DNA of 64,000 bases from an uncultured Gammaproteobacteria bacterium (GCA_963797555.1 CAWCPV010000007.1:555546-619545), one strand, 5' to 3'; positions 20,744-32,379 are shown, numbered from the stretch's first letter. The notes: generated by a model from the letters alone, not told the origin. Program-made: numbers and translations.

Positions 20744-21372
20744 CGTCTGGTCTCCTCTCGTCTTGGCGGTTTCCAAACCCGGCGATCAACGCACCTCCCG
20801 CAGGGGCGACCAGGCTTTCTTCCGGTCCGTCGACCGTCTCGCTCAGCCGCGCCCGCTTGCGGGCGTCGGCCGGAGCGAAGTCATACGCCACGCGGTGGGG
20901 GGTTCCAGCTCATCGCTACAAATCGCTACAACGAGGTCAGCAGCATTGCCGGGTCCCGAAAGTGGCAGCGCTAGGCTGCGAAGGAATGGCCTTCGATCTG
21001 GGCTCATATCAGCCGTCTTACAAGACGGTCGGCCAAGTGCTCGCGACAGTGTAGCCCAACGCCGCTAATGCGGTAGGTCGCCCGAAACTGGGGGGCTGCC
21101 GGTGCTCCGCGGTCGAGGCGGTGCACGAGAAGGACGTTCCCAGGGATTCGGCGATGGAGGAGGGCGGCTGAACCGTGGTAACCTGCGAGGCCCGGCCGGT
21201 GGCCTTCTGCGCATGTGTCCGGGATAGGTGCGGGAGGTGACTTCCGGTATCGTCAAACGTCGGCGACACGTCCAGCCTATCGCCCGAACCGGACGCGAGC
21301 CGACTGCGCCTGCTCGGCGCTCGCTGGAGCGTCGTGTTCCGGTTTCAAGCTGTTCATTGGAGGATGACCAGG

Positions 21373-21858
21373 ATGACTCATGGGAAGCTCCCGACCTGTC
21401 TGCTCACCGCGCTACTGCTTAGTGGTACCGTGTGTGCCGGCGATCTGATGATCTACCCCGGCAGAGGGCAGAGCTCTGCCCAGCAGCGGACAGACAAGAA
21501 CCAGTGTTATGCGTGGGCCAGAGGCCAGACCGGCTTCGACCCGGCCCAGCCGGCGGCCGGCACCCCGTCCCCACCGCAGCAAGCGCCTCGGTCCAATGCG
21601 CTGCGGGGTGCTGCCGGCGGTGCTGCTGTTGGCGCCATAGGGGGAGCTATCGGCGGGAACGCCGGCAAGGGGGCGGCAATCGGCGCAGGAGTCGGGGCCG
21701 TCGTCGGCGGAGTCCGCAGGCGGGAGCAACAGCGTCAGCAGGCGCAGGCTCAGCAGCAGTGGCAGCAAAACGAGCAGGCGCGGTACGCCGAAGGGCGCAA
21801 CAGGTTCGACCGCGCCTTCGCTGCGTGTCTGGAAGGGCGCGGCTACACGGTGAAGTAA
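21373..21858 (+). CDS. Secreted glycine-zipper (YMGG-like) protein
   Basis: Signal peptide, YPGRGQS..DK.QCY.WA, GAAGGAAVGAIGG zipper, ACLEGRGYTVK. Confidence 0.85.
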   Translation: MTHGKLPTCLLTALLLSGTVCAGDLMIYPGRGQSSAQQRTDKNQCYAWARGQTGFDPAQPAAGTPSPPQQAPRSNALRGAAGGAAVGAIGGAIGGNAGKGAAIGAGVGAVVGGVRRREQQRQQAQAQQQWQQNEQARYAEGRNRFDRAFAACLEGRGYTVK

Positions 21859-22043
21859 TCGCCGGCCTTGTCACGAAAGCGCGTTCCGCGGCTCGGTCGA
21901 GTCCCGGAACGCGCCGGTGCGGCAGCCATCCCCACAGACCGCAGCCGGACCGCGACATTCCAAGCGACCCGGATCGAATCCCCGGCGCGCAGCCTCTGCC
22001 ACCACGATGACCCGTACGTCATTCTTCGGCTCAGCGCCGCAGC

Positions 22044-24251
22044 CTACTCGGTTCGCGTGATCCCGCGAGCATCGCCCCTCAAGCGGGCCGCGAGATTCGT
22101 GATCCTTCGGCTGGAGCGCACGTTCTTGACGGCCATGGCTAGCGCCTTGATCTGACCGATGATAACGACGAGCCGCCTGCCACGGGTGACGGCGGTGTAC
22201 AGAAGGTTGCGCTCAAGGAGCGTGTAGTGTTGGGTCGCTATCGGAATCACCACCGCAGGATACTCGGACCCTTGGCTCTTATGCACCGTCGTGGCAAACG
22301 CCAGGGAGACCTCGTCCAGCTCGCCCAGCTCGTACTCGATCTCACGGCCATCGAAGTCGATGTACACGAGCCCTTCCTCGAGATCGATGCGCGAGACGCG
22401 CCCGATATCGCCGTTGAACGCCTCCTTGTCGTAGTTGTTGACGGTCTGTATCACCTTGTCCCCCGGGGCAAAGGTCGAGCCGAAACGCGTGACCGTGGGC
22501 TGCGCATCCGGGTTGAGCCGCTGGTGCAGCTCCACGTTCAATGACCGCGCGCCGAGCCCACCGCGGTTCATCGGCGTGAGGACCTGGACGTCTCGAATTG
22601 AATGGAGCCCGAAGCGCTTCGGGATGCGCACGCTCACCAGGTCGATCAGCTTGTCGTGAATCTCCTCCGCGGTGTCGGCCGCGACGAAGTAGAAGTCTCT
22701 CGGCTCTTGGTGCTTGTCGGGACGCTCGGGCAGGAGTCCCCGGTTGATGCGGTGGGCGTTGACGACGATGCTGGAACTCGCCGCTTGGCGGAAGATCTCC
22801 GACAGCCACAGGATGGGAATGCGGCCGGAGTCGATGAGATCGGCCAGCACCGCACCCGGTCCGACCGAGGGAAGCTGGTCGGCATCCCCGACCATGAGCA
22901 CCGCGGCCTCATCGGGGATGGCCCGCAGCAACTGATTCATCAAGACCACATCCACCATGGAGACCTCGTCGATCACCACGAAGTCGGCCTCCAGGGGGGT
23001 CTCCGGACCGCGCTTGAAACGCATCGCCTTGGGGTCGAACTCGAGCAGCCGGTGGATGGTTCGAGCCTCCTGCCCGGTGGACTCGGACAGCCGCTTGGCC
23101 GCTCGACCGGTAGGGGCGCAGAGCTCCACGTGCGCCCCCTTGGCCCGGACGATGCGCAAGACGCTGTTCACCACCGTGGTCTTGCCGACTCCGGGACCTC
23201 CGGTGATCACGGTGACCTTGCCGTTGACCGCTTTCGCGACTGCGCCGCGCTGCGAGGCGGAAAGCGAAAGCCCGGTCTTGCCTTCCACCCAGGCGATGGC
23301 CTTGTCAGGGTCGATGGTTCCCCAAGGAGGCGCACCGCCCAGCAAGGCCAAGAGCCGAGCGGCCACTCCGACCTCCGCACGATACAGGGGCGTGAGGTAC
23401 AGGGAAGGTGTCCCCTCGATGTCTTCGGTCACCAGGTTGCCCTCGAGCAACTCTCGATCGACGGCGGCCTCGATCGTGCCCGCAGGAATCTGTAGGAGCT
23501 GCGTCGCGGTTTCCACCAGCGTCTCCCGCTGCGCTGCACAGTGGCCCTGCGAGGAGTGCTCTTGGAGCACATGGCGCACCCCGGCCTGGGCGCGCATCAG
23601 AGAGTCCGCCGGAATACCCAGGCGTTGGGCCAAAGCATCCGCGGTCTTGAAGCCAACGCCGTGGATATCCAATGCCAGCCGGTAAGGGTTCTCGCGCACC
23701 CGATCGATGGCTTCATCGCCATAAGTCTTGTAGATGCGCACGGCGCGCGCGGTTCCGATACCGTAGGACTGGAGAAACACCATGATCTGCCGAATGGCCT
23801 TCTGCTCGGCCCACGCCGCGACCACGCGTCCCTTGCGCTTGGGGCCGATGCCGTCGAGCTCCATGAGCCGCTCTGGGGTGTCCTCGATGATGTCGAACAC
23901 GTGCTCGCCGAAAGCCTTGACCAGCTTGGAGGCAAAGTGGGGTCCGATGCCTTTCACCAGTCCAGAAGCGAGGTATTTCTCGATACCCTCCAGGGTGCTG
24001 GGTGGCACCACGCGCATGTCGGTCGCCTTGAACTGCAGGCCGTGCGTGCGGTCGTTGACCCAACAGCCGTCCGCCTCCACGTATTCGCCAGGGGTCACCG
24101 TGGCGGCCGTCCCTACCAGGGTGACCAGCTCGCGATGACCGCGCACCTTGACCCGCAGCACGCAGAACCCACTCTCCTCGCTGTGGAATGTCAGCCGCTC
24201 CACCGAGCCGCTGAGGTGTTCCTTGGAAGGCTCTGAGGGGTGGTTTCTCAA
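22044..24251 (-). CDS. recD2: ATP-dependent RecD2-like DNA helicase (start approximate)
   Basis: N-terminal OB/HhH (KGIGP), [39 protein letters not shown]. Confidence 0.93.
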   Translation of the reverse strand: MRNHPSEPSKEHLSGSVERLTFHSEESGFCVLRVKVRGHRELVTLVGTAATVTPGEYVEADGCWVNDRTHGLQFKATDMRVVPPSTLEGIEKYLASGLVKGIGPHFASKLVKAFGEHVFDIIEDTPERLMELDGIGPKRKGRVVAAWAEQKAIRQIMVFLQSYGIGTARAVRIYKTYGDEAIDRVRENPYRLALDIHGVGFKTADALAQRLGIPADSLMRAQAGVRHVLQEHSSQGHCAAQRETLVETATQLLQIPAGTIEAAVDRELLEGNLVTEDIEGTPSLYLTPLYRAEVGVAARLLALLGGAPPWGTIDPDKAIAWVEGKTGLSLSASQRGAVAKAVNGKVTVITGGPGVGKTTVVNSVLRIVRAKGAHVELCAPTGRAAKRLSESTGQEARTIHRLLEFDPKAMRFKRGPETPLEADFVVIDEVSMVDVVLMNQLLRAIPDEAAVLMVGDADQLPSVGPGAVLADLIDSGRIPILWLSEIFRQAASSSIVVNAHRINRGLLPERPDKHQEPRDFYFVAADTAEEIHDKLIDLVSVRIPKRFGLHSIRDVQVLTPMNRGGLGARSLNVELHQRLNPDAQPTVTRFGSTFAPGDKVIQTVNNYDKEAFNGDIGRVSRIDLEEGLVYIDFDGREIEYELGELDEVSLAFATTVHKSQGSEYPAVVIPIATQHYTLLERNLLYTAVTRGRRLVVIIGQIKALAMAVKNVRSSRRITNLAARLRGDARGITRTE

Positions 24252-24942
24252 GGAAGCTTGCGTTGGGAGGTCAAACGAACCGGGCACCGATCGATAGAGA
24301 AATCCGACACACGCGTCGAAACATGTCCGCAAGCACCCGGTGCGGTAAAACTTGCCAGTAGCCCGACGGAGGTTTGGCCGCGGAGTTCCAGGGGCGCTGT
24401 GATGGATCCGGTCAGGGTTCTCGCATCGCCCGCAGGCTGCAAGCTTTCCACAGCGCATGCGGTGCCGCAGAGCGCTCGAACTGCGTGGCTTCGCCGGAGG
24501 CTTGCCGCGAGCCGTGCCGTAAACCGATGTGCAAGCGGCCCCGAAGAGCCGCCGGTTGGCTTGCAGACGCTTATGCCAGAACACCGGACGATGGTCGAAC
24601 CGGCGTCATCGGGATAGCGGCGATGCCGGTCTCGTCGAGGAGCTGCAATTTGAATCACGGATAGCGGTCCCGGCGTCAACCGCTGCGCCCTTCCACGCAG
24701 TTCAGTCGTTGTCATGCCACCTCACCTTCCAGCGCGTGCTGCCTTTCTTGGAGGTGTCCGCAGATACAGATAACCGCACATCATACAGGGACGCCCCGAC
24801 CTTTACGCCCCGAGGGGCCTGGCCAGCAGGACTCCGTGGCAGTGACTCCCCCTTGCTGATTGGGAGGACGTTGTTGCTAAGAAGCGGATTTCCGCTCGCC
24901 GCCGGGACGGGATCGGGGACCTGGCCGCGTAGTTTTCGCAAT

Positions 24943-24987
24943 TCGACACAGTCGCTTCACGGTCCTGCAACGGCAAGGTGCGACCAT
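24943..24987 (+). promoter_or_regulatory. Putative degenerate Pho box with -10 element
   Basis: Heptamers TCGACAC / GCTTCAC / CTGCAAC at 11-nt period; GACCAT 10 nt downstream; precedes a PhoX-family gene. Confidence 0.4.
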
Positions 24988-25024
24988 TCCGCGTCCTATC
25001 AGCCAGTCGAGCAAGGAGTCTGGA

Positions 25025-26975
25025 ATGAAGCTCAAAGCCACGACCGTCGCCGTGTCCGCTGCCCTTTCCGTCATGCCCCTCACCGAGAACGCCGGCGCCG
25101 CGCCGGTCGTCAAGTCCGTCGAGTTCATCGGCATGCCTGCGCCGAGCAGCGTCAGCGAACGGGCCGACATCTATACCAAAGCTCGGATGAAGGTCACGTA
25201 CGTCAACAGAAAGTCCCAGACGTTCGACCTCGAGTATCACCCCCTCATGAACACCACCGAGCTGATCAACAGCAATGTCGTCGGCGGGCTGTTCGACCAC
25301 AATGATGATGCCATCATGGACACAAACGGCCAGATGGCCTCCGATGCGCCGGACGGCAACTCCCTGATGGACATTCCAGGGATGCGCGCCGCCAACCCGT
25401 CGCGTAACCGTCCGCTCGCGATGGTGACCCACTTCGAATATCGGGAGCTGCCGCCGGGTTATCCCGACCACGTGGGAGGACCCTATACGAGCTATTGGTC
25501 CAAGCTTCCCGCCACCATGGGTTTGAGCAAGCTGGATCAGGACAAGAAGACAGGCGCCCTGGAAGTCGTGGACTACGGCCACATCAGCTTCGCCGACGTC
25601 TACGGCGGCTGGATCCACTGCGCCGCCTCGCTTTCGCCCTGGAACACCCACCTCGGCTCCGAGGAGTACGAACCGGATGCCAAAACGCGCGGAGAGATTG
25701 TTGCCCCCCGCTTCCGACACGAACGACACCACCGACATCGACAGCTTCAGTCTGTATTACTTCGGCGACCCTGCCGCCGCCAACCCCTACCGCTACGGCC
25801 TGGTGCCCGAGGTGAAGGTGACGCGAAACGGCACCGCGAGCGTCGTGAAGCACTATGCCCTCGGCCGCATCGCCCGTGAGCTGGCCGACGTGCAGCCCGA
25901 CGGGCGCACCGTCTACATGGGCGACGACGGCGGCTACACGGGGCTGTTCATGTTCCTGGCCGACCGCTGGGGCGACCTGTCCAAAGGCACCCTGTACGCC
26001 GCCAAATGGCACCAGATCAGTGACGCCAACGGCGGCAGCGCAAGCCTGAGCTGGATCCGGCTGGGCCATGCCTCCGACGAGGAGATCGAGGCCCTGGTGG
26101 ACGGCGGCATCAAATTCAGCGATATCTTCGATGTCAGCAACACGGACCCGGGCGACGTCGCTTACAAGGAGGTCAAGACCTACATGGGCACCGAGTGGCT
26201 GCGGCTCAAGCCGGGCATGGAGAAGGCCGCCGCCTTCCTGGAGACCCGCCGCTACGCCGCCCTGCTGGGCGCCACCACCGAGTTCTCCAAAATGGAAGGC
26301 GTGACGCACAATGCCAGAGATAAGAAGACCTATGTGGTGATCTCCCGCGTCGAGGGAGGCATGACGGACATCGCGAGCGATCCGCAGAACGACATCCGCC
26401 TCGCCCGCAACGACGGCGGCGCCATCTACGAGCTTGCACTGTCCGGCGGACAGAAGGACACGGACGCTCATTCGATCCCGAGCGGCTATGTCGCCAAGAG
26501 CATCGCCAGCATCCCCGAGCTGCTGGGCGGCTGGCTGGGCCTGGATGCGAACGGCAAGGCCATCAAGGATGCTGAAGGCAACCGTTGCTTACAGGACAAG
26601 GTTTGCGGCGGCGACAACCTCAAGTACGCCGAGAACATGCGCACCCTGTTCATCGGCGAAGACACCAGCCGCCGCAACAACAACTACGTCTGGGCGTTCA
26701 ACATCGACACCCGCAAGCTCTCCCGCGTTCTGTCCGTGCCCATGTACGCCGAGGCCACCGGCCTGCAGGTGGTGGAGAACCAGAACGGTTACAGCTACAT
26801 CATGAGCAACTTCCAGCACCCCGGCGAGCAGGACCAGAAAGGCGAGTTTTTGGGCGCCCCTGGAATCACCGAGACCGATGTGCTGGACGCCATCGACACC
26901 CGGTGTGACAACCGCAAGAAGGCCGCCATCGGCTACATCGGTACCGAAGACGGTGCCCTGCCGGCGATCAAGTAA
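25025..26975 (+). CDS. phoX: PhoX/DUF839-family secreted alkaline phosphatase; frameshift in a C6 run near 25705
   Basis: Signal peptide; CAASLSPWNTHLGSEEYEPDA, LGRIARE, YMGDD, KMEG, DNL, IGED, SNFQHPG. Confidence 0.8.
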
Positions 26976-27237
26976 ACGGTAGCTGCATGACAACGCGCTC
27001 CTGGCGCCAGGGAAGGCGCCGAGCGTCCCGGCGGTGGGTCATAGTCAGCGGCGGCGGGGCGGGGTTGCCCGGATGACGCCGCAGGCGCCCGTCGAAGGCG
27101 AAGGATCGGGATCGCCGACGGTAATCCGGTCGAAGTCCGGGTGGAACGGTTCAGGATTTAGTGCACTCGTCGTTCCCGATGGCCGATGGGGCTTGCAGGA
27201 CCACCGTCCGTTTCGACTGCCGTGTGCGGGGAAACCC

Positions 27238-27510
27238 CGTGAGTGTCTGCATCGCAGATACCTTCGAGCCATCGAGACCCTTGGGCTGAATTTCGAGACG
27301 AGAGACGATGAGGCTGAGGGATGAAGCCATGAGCTGTTATGAGCGTGGACTGGAGGTCGACGCAGCAGCGGAAGGACTCTGTCAGAAGCTCATGTCTTGC
27401 CCCCTACGCCTTGCAAAGCGCAGCGAGGCGATCAGTGCTCACCAGCGGTGCAAGGACGCTCTGGCTCGAGACCTGGGAGTCGCCCCGTCCCCCAACACAC
27501 AAGGCTCCGC
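27238..27510 (+). pseudogene. C-terminal BTAD fragment of a MalT/BTAD transcriptional regulator
   Basis: RECLHRRYLRAIETLG..EAMSCYERGLEVDAAAEGLCQKLM..AHQRCKDALARDLGVAPSPNTQ. Confidence 0.75.
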
Positions 27511-27622
27511 GAACAGCCCACTCGTACATGACTATCCTCCTGGCGACGTTCTGATGTGCACGTACGCGGAGGACCGACGGCGGCCTTGCCGCTGACGCCG
27601 GTCCCCACATAGGCAGCTTGGT

Positions 27623-28367
27623 TTACTGAAACGGCGGAGGCACCACCGTCAGGTCATAGGTGATGTCCTGCTTGAAAACGAAGTCGAACTCCGGAAACGG
27701 CGCGACCCCCCGGAACTTGACCGTGTGGGCGCCATCCGACAGCGGGGGCAGCAGCACCCAGAAGCCGTCGGAAACCGAGGCGCTCGGGTTGGGCTCGGTC
27801 CCGAAGAGACCCAACTGGTCGCCGGGCGGCAGGGTGAAGCTGAACAGGTCCGACTGTACCCGTGTCCGGCCGAGGTTCCGAAGCGCGACACCGTCGACGC
27901 TCGCCTCGACCTCCGTCACGTGGTCCATTAGGTCCTTAGCGCACTGACGGAGATCCCTTTCGGTAGTTCCGTTGCCCTCGATAACCGAGCACTCGGCGTT
28001 GATGACGGGGAAAAAGATTGCGGTCCCGTGGGGAGACCACGCAGGTGCGCACGACCGTGCCCTGGATGGGGTCTACCGGTGTGGTGGCGATGACCCCGCC
28101 GAGAAACCACACGTCGCCGTGCTGGCCCACACCGCAATAGTCGGCGGACTGCGGCCCGACGAAGGCTAGTGGGTGGACTGCCTCCGGAATCGAGAGCGCC
28201 CATTGCCACCAGTCAGCGCTAAGTGCCCTGATCTGCCCCTTGCTGATACCGTCAGAAATATTGCTCACCGGTTGCGCCGCCAACACGCCAAGCGGTGCCC
28301 AGCAGAGCATTGAAACGACCGCGATGCCTGCAACGGAGGATGGATGGATGTTCTTCGTAGTCCTCAT
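27623..28367 (-). CDS. Secreted hypothetical protein (WWQWALSIP family), frameshifted
   Basis: Signal peptide; SADWWQWALSIP, GDVWFL; SDGFWVLLPPLSDGAHT..DITYDLTV in the downstream frame. Confidence 0.7.
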
Positions 28368-28620
28368 TGCCGCCCTCCAAGGAGTGGGTTAATAAGGGTG
28401 ATTGGTTGGGATCTCGTCCGCCGCTCGCGGGCAGGACCCTGCGCGCCCGCCCGCAGAGCCCCCCGCCGAGAGCCATCCGAGGCGGGGTTCTTGCGGGGTC
28501 CGGAGCCCCGCAAGAGCAAACCTCACCGACATTCCGGAGGTGTGTACCCCTGCTTTCCGATGCCGCGGTCCATTAGACCGAGGGCAGCACGAAGCCACCC
28601 TCGATGAGGATCAACGGAGG

Positions 28621-29587
28621 TTATTGGTTCGGGACGATGGAAACGGTATCGGTACCACGTATCTCTTCACCATCGTAGGTGGTTGCCTCCAGCGTAGCTT
28701 GTGAGTCTCCAGGTTGTAACAACAGCTGCTCGGTCTCGACGTGACACAAAAGATCGACTAGACCGTCGCCGTTAACGTCTTCGGATTGGCAAAGGTATTT
28801 GTTGGCTTTGCCCACCAGTCGGACTTTGGCGCCGGCGAGTGTGATCGAATCGGGGTTGACTGTAGTGGCGTCGAATGTTGGCGAACTCAAAATCGCCACG
28901 GGGATCACTCCCGCCGATCCAAGGTTGATGCTGTTGGGGTAGCTTCCAGGCTTTATGTCAATGGCTACCTCTAGCGCTGCGGAGACAACCGACACCGCTA
29001 TATTCAAGGGTCCACCGATACCTAGACCATGGGTGCTGTTGTCCATGATATCTACGCGATCCAAAAGCTCACAACCGCCTCCCACGTCCGCAAGACCGCA
29101 GGCCAGACCGGCGGTCACCAAACGTCCATCAAGGTCTTCGAAAACGATGGTCGGAATCGCGTTACCGCCAACCATCACTGGACCGTTAAACCACGTTAAA
29201 CCAGATGGCGGCTGAGGGATTAGGAGCGTATCCACCGAGTGGCCCGTCATCAACATCATTGGCATCCCACGTCTTCGTGCCATAGTTCGCTGAAATGTCG
29301 GAAAGTGCGGTCTTCTGATAACCGTAAAGGTCGGTCGCGATGATGTCCTGCGGAAATGGGCCGATCTGCGTTCCGCCTTGGATAATGGTTGGGGCGCTCG
29401 TATCAAGCCGAAACTTGACTGTGGCTGGGGAGTCTGCAGTTTGGCCAAAAAGTGTTTCGCCAAAAAAGGGACTGACGCTCGCTGTGATGGTAACGTCGAA
29501 GATGTCCGCTTCAGCCACCACGCTCCATAATAGAAAGGCACCGACAAGAATCGTCGAATCCGCTCGCCGAAAAGTGAGTGTAGTCAT
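28621..29587 (-). CDS. Secreted hypothetical protein with a C-terminal IDIKPG..NSIN / DVNGDG domain; frameshift near 29190
   Basis: Signal peptide in ORF 29186-29701; C-terminus VAIDIKPGSYPNSINLGSAGVIPVAILS..EDVNGDGLVDL; visibly more AT-rich than flanks. Confidence 0.72.
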
Positions 29588-29734
29588 CTTCTTGCCTCCT
29601 AGATTCTTAAGAATTGACGCTTTTCTGGAGAATCGCCAGCATTTTAAGTTCCAGTCACCTCCTTTCTCGGCGGGGTGTGCCCATTTCGACCTTTGTGGCA
29701 CCAGCCGTACACTTCCGCAACTGCGCCGAGCTTC

Positions 29735-29835
29735 GGATCATTCCAGGGCTCACCGTCGTCGACTGCGCCCGGTGCCGGACGCAAGCGCCGGTAAACCTCA
29801 GCAGCGACACCAAGATGGGGATCATTCCAAGGCTC
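29735..29835. repeat. 17-bp direct repeat pair in a divergent promoter region
   Basis: GGATCATTCCAGGGCTC (29735-51) and GGATCATTCCAAGGCTC (29819-35); one mismatch; starts 84 bp apart. Confidence 0.65.
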
Positions 29836-30132
29836 CGCGAGCTTTTTTGCGCCCGGTTCGCCGTCAACGACTCCCCGCTTTTCGCTGTCAGCCGTTCTCT
29901 TCATCGCGTTTCCCTCTCTTGCCGGCGCGCCCCCTTCGGCGCCCCTTGAGTCTTTCTGCCGTTGCTATGAATCAACCGCACTGGAGGTGCTCGGAGTGCT
30001 GCGCGGCCGCTGCGGCTTGTCCGGATATCACGTGCCTGCCCGTGTCCGATGAGGATGCTGTGGCGCGTGCATGCGGGCAATCTGGTATCTTGTCAACATG
30101 GGCCGAACAGGTGTTTGAGGTACTGGCCACAA

Positions 30133-30151
30133 GCGCAAGATGAACTTGCGC
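30133..30151. promoter_or_regulatory. Perfect 7-5-7 palindrome, candidate operator
   Basis: GCGCAAG-ATGAA-CTTGCGC about 100 bp upstream of the XRE-MalT gene. Confidence 0.4.
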
Positions 30152-30250
30152 ACGATAAGTTGACCACCGTACTCAATGTACTGAGGCACTGGTTACGGAT
30201 AGGTAACAGGAGCTGATTGCCGACGAGGCGGAAGTTCGGCGCGTCGTTGG

Positions 30251-32125
30251 GTGGGGGGAAAGGAGGTGGCGACGGGCTCTGGAACAGTCTTGCCGGACGG
30301 ACCGCGGGTGACGGCCCTGCGCGGGGAGAGAAGCTGGACGGTGGAGGAGTTGTCCGCCCGCGCACGTGTCTCCCTGCGCGCGATGCGCCGCATCGAGTCG
30401 TCCCAGCCGGTGCGTCGAACGGATCTGAGCGCGGTCGAGACCGCTTTCCGCATGGCGCCGGGCAGCCTCATGGCTCGGAGGCCGCACTCGACGGCCACCC
30501 CTGTCAGTGCCAAGTGGGGTGCTCCCGAGATCCCCCGCATCTACGCTCGGGAGCGGCTGTTCGAGCGGCTCGACCATTTCAGCCCTCGCGCCTGCACCTG
30601 GCTGGGCGCGCCGGCGGGCTACGGCAAGACCTGCCTTGCAAGAGCGTACGCGGACAAGATAGCGGTCCCGTGTCTCTGGTACACCCTGGAGCAGGCGGAC
30701 TCGGATGTGGCCACGTTCTTCTCCGATCTCAGCTCCGGTCTCGCGGTCGCAATCCCTGGCGCGCCGCTGTTGCAGTATTCCACCGACATCCATGACATCG
30801 GCGCATTCGCCCGCGCCTACTTCAAACAGGTGTTCGCGCACTTCGAGGGCGCGCAGGTCGTGGTGCTCGACGACTACCAGCAAGTCGCGCCCGATGCTCC
30901 CTTGCATACCGTCGTCGCGGCTGCCCTCGCGGTCATACCCCGGAGATCTCGGCTCATTGTCCTCAGTCGCGAGGCGCCGCCCGCTGCGCTCGCCCGGGCG
31001 CAGATGTACGATGAGGTGGCGATAGTGGGGGCTGAAGACCTCCGATTAACCCTCACCGAGGCATTGGCCATCGCTCGGCTGCGGCGCCCTCAAGAAGATC
31101 TCAGCGAACAAAGCCTCCAAGTCCTCCACGAGCGAGCGGGCGGGTGGGCGGCAGGGTTTGTGCTTCTGCTTCGCCACCCCGCCCGGGCCGCTCCGCCTCC
31201 GGACGCCGTGGGGCTGCTCTTCGAGTATTTCGCGCGGGAAGTCCTCGGCGGCGCCGACGAGGAGGTCCGGGACTTCCTGCTCCAGAGCGCATGGCTGCCG
31301 AGCATGACCGTGGAAATGGCCCAACGCATGACGGGGCACCCGCAGGCCGATGCCCTGCTGGCCTCGCTCGTCCATGGGAACTATTTCCTATCTCGCACTG
31401 CCTCCGCGGACCCCCTGTACCGATATCACCAGCTCTTCCGGACATTCCTGCTGCATCATGCTGACGCCACATGGAGTCCGAGTGAGCAGGATAATTGCCG
31501 GCGGCGGGCCGCGGCAATTCTCGAGGAGGCGGGCCAACTGGATGCCGCCGTGGGGCTATGGCGCGACTTGGGGGACTGGGAGGCGCTCACGCGCTTGATC
31601 CGTCGGGCCGCTCCTTCGCTCCTGATACAAGGCCGGACGCAAAGCCTGGAGGGGTGGCTCAGCGGCATCCCCGAGGCGGCGGTGGCGCAGCGGCCGTGGC
31701 TCCTGTACTGGTCCGGACGTGCCCGGCTGCACCGCGACCCGTTCGGAGCGCGCTCCCTCTTTGAACGGGCTTACCTGAAGTTCAAGGAGGCCCAGGAAGT
31801 GGAAGGGCTGTTCCTGGGCTGGGCGGCCGTGTGCAAAACATACTGGCTTGCCCTGGATGATCCCCGCCCGCTGCAGCGTTGGCTGGGGGAGCTGGACGCC
31901 GTCCGCGCCCGATGGCCGAGCTTTCCTTCGCCTGAAATCGAGGCCCGCGTCGCCTTTGGCGCCTTTTATGGGCTGATGGCGAATGACCCGCTGCACCCGC
32001 AGTTCGGTGGGTGGGAGAGCCGGCTGTTGGAGGCGCTGCAGAGCGAACAGCCCCCCGATCTGCGGCTCATGATCGCCAACCTGCTCATGTTTCATTACGT
32101 CTGGAACGTGGGTGACCGAGGTCAC
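30251..32125 (+). pseudogene. XRE-HTH + MalT-like STAND ATPase/TPR regulator, C-terminally truncated
   Basis: N-terminal XRE HTH; APAGYGKT Walker A, VVLDDYQ, LSR, GWAAG, YRYHQLFR; family-like sequence stops near 32120. Confidence 0.8.
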
Positions 32126-32209
32126 GTGTCCCGAGTGCGGCGAGGTCTTGAGCGGCCGGTACGGCTGCATAGACATTGCTTGCGGCTGCGGCGCGCGATT
32201 CTGCCTGCA

Positions 32210-32379
32210 GCCTGGTCATACCCGGCGCGTCTCTCCCGGTGGAGCTGATTCTGTGCAACCTGAGCGAGGGCGCCTCGGAGCAGGGTCTGCTTGACGCTTA
32301 TCCGCATATTTGGGGCGAGGGTATACGGGCCACGACGCTTTATGCCGCCGAAGCACTTGCGCACGAGGAGATCGCATAG
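32210..32379 (+). pseudogene. DUF433-family antitoxin fragment
   Basis: VIPGASLPVELILCNLSEG.S...LLDAYP....IRA..LYAAE pattern; N-terminus missing. Confidence 0.7.

Noticed and set aside
20912-20931. Tandem ATCGCTACAA duplication
   Set aside because: Only two copies and no context; likely slippage or an insertion scar.
28487-28517. 12-bp hairpin as a terminator between the two secreted-protein genes
   Set aside because: No U tract follows on the coding (minus) strand, so its function cannot be assigned.
22044-32125. Anti-phage defence system (RecD2 plus STAND ATPase)
   Set aside because: The ATPase is MalT-type regulatory with no effector domain, is truncated, and lies 6 kb from recD2 with unrelated genes between.
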